A DNA stretch of 32,000 bases from Zygophlyctis sp. KS116 (taxonomy: Eukaryota > Fungi > Chytridiomycota). The notes beneath the pieces are model-generated. The model was not told the origin of the DNA. It saw nothing but the letters and a program-made list of their open reading frames with translations, and did not search any database. The stretch spans positions 26,680 through 58,679 of the forward strand of contig BAAFSQ010000035.1 of NCBI GenBank assembly GCA_054661495.1, in the 5' to 3' direction. Below, one piece after another: positions 20,582-32,000 of the stretch. How positions within the stretch are numbered: position 1 is the first letter of the stretch; every line of letters starts with the position of its first letter. The position numbers and the translations under genes are program-made.

Positions 20582-23500
20582 ATGAATCTGTACTTGCTAT
20601 TGCTATTTTACATTTTTCCATGTAGAGCCACAGTGACTAGTGTATTATACTCTAAAATCGGAGTCTTGCCGTTTGAGTTGGATAAACTTGCGTTTGCATT
20701 AAGTGGGAAAACCTCAAAATTCCAAGTTTTGTCTCAATATTTTGAATCTGATGTCGACATTGATGACTTTGAAATGCAATTATGGAATTTATCTAGTAAT
20801 ATTAAGGCGTCGATGCCATTTTTACAAATGTATGATCAGTTGTACCACGATACAATTGTTCCGTCAACGTCTGATTTTCAGAAATGCAACGTTTGGGCAT
20901 CAATCGGCCAAAAACAAGTTTGCAATTTGAATGATTTGCAGATGATGATAGACTCAGACTTGAGTTTTTTCAATCATAATCAAATCATTTATCCTTTTGA
21001 TATTTCAAATCCATCAAGGTGTAGTGATCAATTACCAGTCGTGATTCTATATGGAGATCCGTCAGACTCTACGGTTTTAGAGTATTTTAATCTCTTGAGA
21101 GACAAGTCTGATGAAGGGAAAATATGTTTTGTTTTTAGATTTAAACTTGATTCTTATGAAAGAGGTCGATTTGCGTTAAGTGGTTATGGAGTGGAGTTGG
21201 CAGTTAAAAGTACAGAATATAAAGTTGTAGATGATAGGATTATAAGTAATATTTTTCAAGTTTTAATCATAGATTCTAAAAATAAGGGATCAGATAGCTT
21301 ATTGGAATCAGACTCGGATGACCAAAGTTTAGATATTTTAGATGAACCGATTCCAGTCATTCAGAAGCTTTCAAGTGAACAAATTAAGGATTTGCCCTTT
21401 CAAATCATTCAATTCGTTAAAGATTCAACGGATCCTATGAAAAGACTACTTAAAGTAGTATGTGATTTTCCAAAACATGGTCATATAATTGGTAATTTTA
21501 GAAAAATTCAACTTAGCAAATATGACTCGAGACTCTAAAATTATGAATGAGCTGAATATGAATACTCATGTTTTTAAAAAGAATAATGGGTTATGGATAA
21601 ATCATATTCCTTTAGATATAGATCAGTTGGATATATTTAGTTTAGTGCAAAAAATACGAAAGGAGTCGGAAATATTTTCTGCTTTATCATCATATGGCTT
21701 TAATCATGATTCTTCACTAAAACTTTTAACGGCTCCTTTGATGGATGATTCTGTTTCTAATTTACCGTGGGGCCCTTCATTCAAGTTTAATACCGATCAT
21801 GTCATTTGGTGGAATAATGTAGAGAAGGATAAGAGGTATTTTAGGTTTCCTAGTGATATAAATGCGGTATGATGAAGACTTCTTAATTTAAAAGATTAAT
21901 ATGCCAAACTATCCTGGACAACTCACGTATATTCGCAAGAATGTGTACTCTGTGATCTTTTTTCTAGATCTATCCGCTCAATTTGATAAAGAGTCAATGA
22001 TCAAGATATTTGAATTTATTCAAGGGTCGATTCCTATGCGATTTGGGATAGTTCCGATTGTCAAAAAAGATCCAAATTCTCCAGGTATGATTTTATACGT
22101 CTAAATAAAGCTTCATTGATTGCCCGTGGATTGCTTACTGTTTTCAAAAAATCAGGAAATGTATTGGCCATGAAATCTTTTCTCGAAAAAATCTGGGCAA
22201 TCGATTCTTCTAAATTGGTTTCAAGTAACGTTGATGATATTCTTAATTCTCTTTCTGTAGAGGTTGACAATGATGAAATATCCTTGGCGATGCAGGATAT
22301 AGTTCAGCTCATGTCATCATTGAGCGTGAATGATGAGGGCGGGATATTTGCAAATGGCAAGTTTATTCAAAAAGATCATGTAATTTAAATCGATTCTTAT
22401 AAATAAAGAGTTGGACTCGATCCTTGGCAGCGACTTATTTTACCATGATTGATTTTTTGAAACAAGAGGTGTGTATGATTGAACATAACCAATAGGTGAA
22501 TGACGGAAAAGTTGATAATAACGTTGACATTTTTGAATATTTTATGTCTCAGAATAATGTGTTTAGTAGCAGAAACAGTCTCACATTTTCCTCGGATATT
22601 GTGGTAAAAAGCTTGCATGACAAATCTATTTCACAATTCTTTGAGAAAGTCATATGGTTTTCTAGTATTTGCAGAATTTAGTTTTAAATTTATAGGAAGC
22701 AGATCATCTGTTATAGATTTTGAAAATTCACTTTTATTAATCGGAGACTTTTCTACAGGTAAAGGAATAAATCTTGTCAAGCAGGCTATTGAATTCATCC
22801 AGAATACGGATGAAAATATTCGTGTCTCATTCATTTCATCCGAAGAAAATTATGTATCGAGAAGAATATTCTGTCTATCGATGGAAAATGAAGAGGATGA
22901 TCAATTATCGTCTTTATCAAAAATTTTAGATGATTTGTCAAGTACTGCTCAAGAAGATGCAATTCTAAAAGAATGCGACAATGAAGCATTTCAAACTTAC
23001 CATTCACAAATGCAAGGTCTCATTAAAGCTTTGGATCTAAAAACTAGCAGAACTTATATCATATTTAATGGAAGGGTAGGATCGTACTATTAAAGCCTTT
23101 AGGAGCTTACAGTTTCGGATGAAGTTATTTCGGCTACGGATCTCGATGTCTTAGTTAAATATGAGACAAGATTTCGCACAGGAAACATTGCGAGATTAGC
23201 AAGTACTGACTTAAAGAGCTTGGATAATTTGTATAAATTTATTTAGTTCACGTATAGACAATTGAAATCTAACATGATTGCAAGGATTAGTTCTTTAATA
23301 TCTTCATACACTAACAGGAAAACCTCTCCTTTTATTGCGCAGAATGATGATCGAATAACCTACAATTATTTCGAATCGATTGGCTCCAAATTTACTGGAG
23401 TGCAGGCCGGCGCAAAAAAGAAGTCGACGATAATTAGATTCACAGCTGTTCTTGATCCTGTTTCTGAAAAGACTCAAAAAATTGTGAGTATATTAAATGT

Positions 23501-25324
23501 AATTTTACTGTTTTAATTAAGATAGATATTGCGTCCTATAACTGGAATTTCGTTTGAAATATTTTTTCGATTATCCGAGTCTTACGATTCAGACAAATTG
23601 CCTCTCCAGAGGTTCTATCGTTATGTGTTGGACCCAACCGAAAGTTCTTTGTATGAACATTTTATGTTTTTAAAACTTAGACCAAAGCATAGCCCAAAGG
23701 CAGTTTTTGAAAATATCCCAAAGGATCCATTGTTTACTTTGGGACTGGATGGTATATATTTAATATTTATCTCTAGTACCTGGATCGTGGCTAATCCGCC
23801 CAGTTCGTGCAATTTATGACCTTGATAACATACGCTTATCTGCAATTAAAGAAAACGAGATTGTAGAAGCCGAGTTTCAACTAGAAAATATACTTATTGA
23901 AGGTAATATATAATGTTATAAAATCAGGTCATGCTATGGAAAAGGCAACTGGAGAACCTCCCCGAGGTCTACAGTTTTTGTTAAAGACTGAAAATAGTGG
24001 CATGATTTCTGATACGATTACCATGGCTAACTTAGGGTATCTTCAACTAAAGGCGAATCCTGGAGTATATGATATGGTCATACGTCCTGGAAGAGGAAGA
24101 GAATTGTATGAATTCAAGTCCATTAATGATGCGAAAGAATATCCAGGATCTTTAATTGAAGATTTTGGTGCCAAAGTGGTAGTAGATAGTTTTACTGGAG
24201 CCACAATATATCCCATTTTGATCAAAAAACCCGGAAAGGAAACGGAGAATCTTATACAAGATTCAAATACAGAAAATAAGGATGAAGGCTTTTGGGGAAA
24301 TATCAAATCCAAGTACGATTATTTAAATAGTTAAACAGTAGAGTTTTTGGATCTGGTGAAAAAAATCAAACTATAAATGTATTTTCAGTGGCCTCTGGTC
24401 ATCTTTATGAAAGATTCCTATCAATCATGATGATATCTGTAAAGAAACAAACCAAATCTCCATTGAAATTCTGGCTTATAGAAAACTTTTTATCCCCATC
24501 TTTTATGGTATTTTTTTTATAAAACTAAAAAACCAGGAATTTATCCCCTATCTTGCGAAAGAGTATGATTTTGAATATGAATTTGTCACGTACAAATGGC
24601 CGCATTGGCTTCGTGCCCAAACTGAAAAACAAAGAATAATCTGGGGCTATAAGATATTGTTCCTAGACGTCTTATTTCCTTTAGATTTGGATAAAGTTAT
24701 TTTTGTAGATGCTGATCAAGTCGTAAGAACTGATCTAATTGAATTGGTTAATCTTGATTTAAAAGGAGCAGCATATGGCTATACTCCAATGTGTGATTCT
24801 AGACCTGGAATGGACAGATTTAGATTTTGGAAGCAAGGATATTGGAAAAATCTTTTAGAAGGACGTGCATATCATATTAGTGCTCTTTATGTTATTGACT
24901 TGATCCGATTCCGACAACTTGCAGCTGGTGATATATTAAGACAACAATATCAAGGATTAAGTGCAGATCCAAACTCTTTAGCAAATCTTGATCAAGGTAG
25001 TTTATTTCTCTTGTAACTTTAGATCTTCCTAATAGCTTAATTCACAATATTCCAATGTTTTCTCTACCTCAAGATTGGCTATGGTGCGAAACATGGTGTT
25101 CTGATTCTTCTTTATCTACCGCAAAGACTATTGATCTCTGTAACAATCCGTTAACCAAGGAACCAAAATTAGAAAGAGCAAAGAGAATTCTACCTGAATG
25201 GACAGTTTTGGATCAAGAAGCAACAAAGTGTCGTGAAAGATTTGAAAAGACTAATGATCTTTGGACAGTTGCAGCTGATGACAGAGATGAATCTGTATTT
25301 GATAATGCTCATAAAGAATTATAA
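20582..25324 (+). CDS. UGGT: UDP-glucose:glycoprotein glucosyltransferase (GT24)
   Basis: Signal peptide; [20 protein letters not shown]; [11 protein letters not shown]; [14 protein letters not shown]; IFVDADQ; SLANLDQDLPN; WLWCETWC; [13 protein letters not shown]; C-terminal HKEL. 16 inferred introns starting at 21246, 21492, 21867, 22085, 22380, 22469, 22665, 23076, 23231, 23499, 23651, 23752, 23903, 24313, 24508, 24997. Confidence 0.96.
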
Positions 25325-25356
25325 ATCATTGAATTTTTTGAGGTTTGCGTTGAGAA

Positions 25357-26502
25357 ATGTTGGGAAATGCAGACAATTACAAGGACAATATCCAAACAGT
25401 TTCTATTATTTTTATGGGAGAAAATGGCTCTGGTAAATCAGTTCTTCGGGAAACTATCGCTCCAATCAGCAATAAAATCTCCCCATTGCAGTTTTCTTAT
25501 TATAGCACAGACACTTTTAAAGTGTTGGCGTATGAATTGATTGGAAATTCTAGTTTATTGGACTTGGTACTCAAAAAGGATGATTTGAATGATGCCATTG
25601 TTGTTATTAGTATTGATCTTTCTAAACCACAAGACGCCATGAAATCGTTTATTGGTCTTGTAAAATTACTAAAATCACATATCAGTAAAATAGATCCTGA
25701 AAGAGATAACAAAACATCTCTAGTCTCTTGGTTAAATTATTTACAATATTTGGACTCTTTTGGAATTCCTAGAGAATCTAGACTTAATACAAACATGGAT
25801 TTTAACTTGATTGATGAAGCATCATGTCTAAACTTTGGATTAAAAATGGTTTTAGTAGGAACTAGATCTGAAACTTTAACTGATGATACTCAACTTTTGG
25901 ATTTTATGCATCAGTCTCTTCGAGCTATTTGTTTTAAATGTATCTATGGTTTACTAATAGAAATAGTAGGAATGCCTCTTTTATATGTGTCAACAGAGAT
26001 ACCAGAAACGATGACAAGATTTAAAGACTATCTTTACCATTATTCTTTTTCAAATTTATACTCTCTAGATAGAAATGGAAGTCAAGATGAATGGGGATAT
26101 CCAACTAAACCAGAGTATTTAGAACGTGAAAAAACATTTATTCCAGTAAGTTTTAGACTCTTTTAAATTTAGGCTGGCTGGGATACGGTTGACATGATTA
26201 AATCTTTTTCTGAACAAACTAAATATGATGTATCAGAGTATTTTACAAGAAAAGATTTGTTGGAATGGGTTGTAGAATATTATTCTGAAAAGTTTCCAAT
26301 CATTGTGGAGCCAAGACTAGAATTCAATCCAGTCAATGAACAAGAATTTTTATTACATTTTTCAAAACTAAATGCAGAACAGGAAAGTGAATCAGAGCCA
26401 ATTAGGCCTGTAAAGATTAACAATTTAAATTCTTCGGTCGGATCTGCTCAAAATGAAGTGTTATCAAACTTTTTCAAGAGTCTTCTGGCTAAAAAGGGTT
26501 GA
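25357..26502 (+). CDS. Cytoplasmic dynein-1 light intermediate chain
   Basis: P-loop GENGSGKS, IDLSKP, QSLRAICF, FIPAGWD, and C-terminal helix NEVLSNFFKSLL typical of DYNC1LI. Introns 25940-25966 (in-frame), 26146-26172. Confidence 0.85.
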
Positions 26503-26519
26503 CAGTTAATAAATCTGAA

Positions 26520-27457
26520 ATGTTGAGCGATCGTATGCTCTTTGCTGTTCCTAAAAAGGGACGATTGTATGAACAAGTGATGCATTTACTGTCTGGTGCT
26601 GATATTCAATTTGTAAGAAAACAGCGGTTGGACATTGCAGTTGTGAGTAATTTCCCAATGGCTCTAGTGTTTCTTCCTGCTGCCGATATTCCTAAATTTG
26701 TTGCCGAAGGAAATGTTGATATTGGGATTACTGGACAAGATATGATTTCAGAGTCAAATGTTGATGTTGATGTTTTATTGGAATTAGGATTCGGAAAATG
26801 TAATCTATGTGTACAAGTGCCAATTGATGGAAATATAACTCATGTAAAAGATTTAGTTGGAAAGAGAATAGTCACTTCGTTTGAAAATATTACACATCGG
26901 TACTTTAACAAGTCTCAAGAATAGATTTTTTAGGGAATTGGAAGGATTGAATAACCTGGTAAATCCTCTAGCTACAAAAATATCTTATGTTAGTGGATCG
27001 GTTGAAACGGCTTGTGCTCTGGGTCTTGCTGATGCAATTGGTAATTATTTTAAATTTATAGCAAGTGGATTTGGTAGAAAGTGGTGATACAATGAGAGCT
27101 GCTAAACTTAAAGCAATTAGTAATATTATGCCCTCTCAAGCTGTAATGATTTGTAATCGTAGAAAATTAAAAACTAATCCATTGATTGAAACTATTACAA
27201 ATAGAATACAGGGTGTAATTGCGGCTCAGAAATATGTTTTGATATCTTACAATATAGAAAGAAAGAGTATGCCTTTTGCTACAAAGATTACTCCAGGAAA
27301 AAAGGCTCCAACTGTTTCTCCACTTGAAAGAGATGATTGGGTTGCTATTTCTGCAATGGTACTAAAATCCACGTGTGCAGATATAATGGATAAACTAACA
27401 GCACTGGGAGCAGAAGATATTTTAGTGTTGACTATTCATAATTGTAGAGTCAATTAA
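26520..27457 (+). CDS. HIS1: ATP phosphoribosyltransferase (long form)
   Basis: DRMLFAVPKKGRL, FLPAADIP.FV.EGNVDIGITGQD, GSVETACALGLADAIVDLVESG, TPGKKAPTVSPL. Introns 26900-26924, 27041-27065. Confidence 0.96.
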
Positions 27458-27460
27458 AGA

Positions 27461-28625
27461 TTAGTTTTTATTCATTTCTAAAGAGATATCCCGTATCGCT
27501 TCCAAGTACATTTTCAAATGTTCAGGATCATGATCTAATATAAATTTAAAAAAAGAAAATACCTGGATACATTCCATGTCCTAAATTTGCAATCATTCTC
27601 TCCTTTGTACCAAACCCATCAAGCATATTTTTTACATAATCTCTAATAGTTTGATTATCTCCATATAACAAACAAGGATCAGCATTTCCTTGTAGTGTAA
27701 TATTTCCACCAGTTCTTTTTCTTGCAGACTTTGGATCCATTGTCCAATCTAAAGACATTCCATCATAATCAGATTTAGCTAAATCCTCTAAAGCATAATG
27801 TGCACCTCTTGCAAAAACAACCATTGGAACTGATTCATCTCCCAATCCCTGTTTAACTCTACTAGCAATTTGTAAAAGAAAAGGAAGAGAAAAAGTATTA
27901 AACTCTTCAGGCCCCAACTCTCCAGCCCAAGAATCAAAAACTTGTAAAGCCTTTTTCAATTAAAAAAAACTACTTACTTGTGCACCAGCTTTAACCTGAC
28001 CAATCAAAAAATCTACAATTTTATCAGTTAAAAGTTGTAAAAGAGACAATGATTCCTTTTTATGCATAAACAACCATGATTTTGCTTTTGAAAGAGTTTT
28101 TGATCCTCCACCTTCAATCATATACGCCATTAAAGTCCATGGAGCCCCAACAAACCCAAATAAAGGAACTTGACCTTTTAACTCTAATCTAGTCAGAGTA
28201 ATTGCATCAAGAACATATTTCAGCCTTGAACAAATATCAACATTTACATCCAATTTCCCAACATCAACTGGAGAAACTAGAGGCTCAGGAAAATGAGGAC
28301 CCTTTTTTTCCAACATTTCAACAGTCATTCCCAATGCCTGAGGAACTACCAAGATATCAGAGAATATAATTGAAGCATCTAATAGTCCTTTAAATCTTCT
28401 TATTGGCTGTAAAGTCACTTCACATGCCAATTCAGGAGTTTGACAAAGAGTAAAGAAATCAACCGTTGAACGCACAGCTCTAAATTCTATAATTTAGTCA
28501 ATTGACTTACCAGGAAGAAACCTTCCAGCCTGTCTCATAATCCAAACAGGCACTCTTTCGACTCTCTGTCCTTTTAAAACTCGAAGCAGTAAATCATTTT
28601 CTAAAGGTGCAAAATCAAAAGTCAT
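27461..28625 (-). CDS. HEM12: Uroporphyrinogen decarboxylase
   Basis: [50 protein letters not shown]. Introns 28487-28510, 27951-27977, 27535-27562; TAA at 27461-27463. Confidence 0.96.
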
Positions 28626-28678
28626 TTAATTTTAGGAATTATTTAGGTTACAACAATCTTGTATATTATCTAGATTAA

Positions 28679-29334
28679 TCAGACATTATCTTGCATGTTA
28701 TCTAGAGTCTTGATCATTGGTGAAGTTAATAACAGTGGTGTCATGCAGGGTGATGATCTAATATCTGGTACATACACTAGTGGTGATTTTGGAATTTTAT
28801 CAAAACTAAACGATTCCAACCGATCATACATATTTGATAATTCAGTCTCTGATAGATATAAATCAAAATCCAGGAGAACTAGAAACTCTAATTCTAACTT
28901 GTTTAATTCACCAACAGTTATTCCACCTACTTCTATGACTAAGTATATAATTTCTTACTTGCCATGTGTGCATTTGTATAAAAAACATCAGATAAGAATT
29001 TAATAGAAACTAAAACACCACTTATTATAAGCCGATGGCAATTAAAAGAGTTGAGTATTAAGGGAGTTCGGGAAATTGGTTCATCATAGACTACCCATCC
29101 TAAATCTTGAATTAGGGATAATCGTTCCAAGTATATTAAAAGAGCTAAAAAACACTCTGAACTAGCAGGTGCATATTTAAGAATGCGAAATAAATAAGAG
29201 GAAATGTTGATGGATGGGACACTTTTAGCATGGAATCGGGTTAGAGAATGGGATGCAGGGATTTCATCATTAAGACATATTATAGCATCCAAGTAATCAG
29301 AGACTAGAGAAACTGTGGCACTTGCATCATTCAT
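28679..29334 (-). CDS. Pho80/Pcl-family (P/U-type) cyclin
   Basis: FHAKSVPSINISSYLFRILKY, LIYLERL, NCHRLII..KFLSDVFYTNAHMAKVGGI..ELNKLELEFL. Intron 28933-28958; TGA at 28679-28681. Confidence 0.88.
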
Positions 29335-29357
29335 TACTTGAAACCTAGTCCGATTTA

Positions 29358-31746
<2,389 letters not shown>

Positions 31747-32000
31747 CGCCAGTTCGTGACGCAAAAGTTCGTGATTTTTGAACGTTTTGATTGGGATTTA
31801 GAGGGAATTTAAACAGATGGAAATTAAAAAATAATATTATAATTAAAAATGTATTAAAACTCTTGATCGCATAGCATTGTATTAAGTACAGCCAATGGAA
31901 AATCATCGAGTCCGTCTAATGGCCCAAAGTGCGATCGTAAAAAATCTCATCAATGCTGTTGGGTTGTCCGATCCTGGAATCTTATGAAAAAGGAAATTCC

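Noticed and set aside
7829-25324. Glycosylation gene cluster (OCH1, UGDH, UGGT)
   Set aside because: Different pathways, separated by unrelated genes; chance proximity is sufficient.
26499-26519. TTG start for HIS1 overlapping the LIC stop
   Set aside because: ORF-finder artefact. The ATG at 26520 gives an N-terminus of the expected fungal His1 length.
31810-32000. Possible partial gene at the window end
   Set aside because: Short open frames exist on both strands with a possible 24-nt intron (31851-31874), but strand, start and product cannot be determined.

Overview
Eukaryotic, AT-rich, extremely gene-dense DNA, most likely from a flagellated early-diverging (chytrid-like) fungus. The basis is OCH1-, HIS1- and Mss4-type genes together with a dynein-2 intermediate chain (WDR60-like) and a SAM-containing kinesin-13. 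I reconstruct 19 protein-coding genes by hand-splicing the ORF fragments: asparaginase-ankyrin (5' partial), a degenerate AAA ATPase, SPT5, an intronless F-box-like/ankyrin protein, OCH1-like GT32, a TM/proline-rich orphan, IMP1, PIP5K, WDR60, an IQ protein, a basic orphan, UGDH, CARM1-like PRMT, UGGT, dynein LIC, HIS1, HEM12, a Pho80-type cyclin and kinesin-13. Two system-level features stand out. (1) About 74 inferred GT-AG introns are all 24-33 nt, and AGs closer than about 24 nt to the donor are skipped. (2) Gene packing is operon-like: co-oriented stop-to-start gaps as small as 9 nt or an 8-nt overlap, and convergent stops 3 nt apart. All intron calls are manual inferences from frame restoration and have no transcript evidence.
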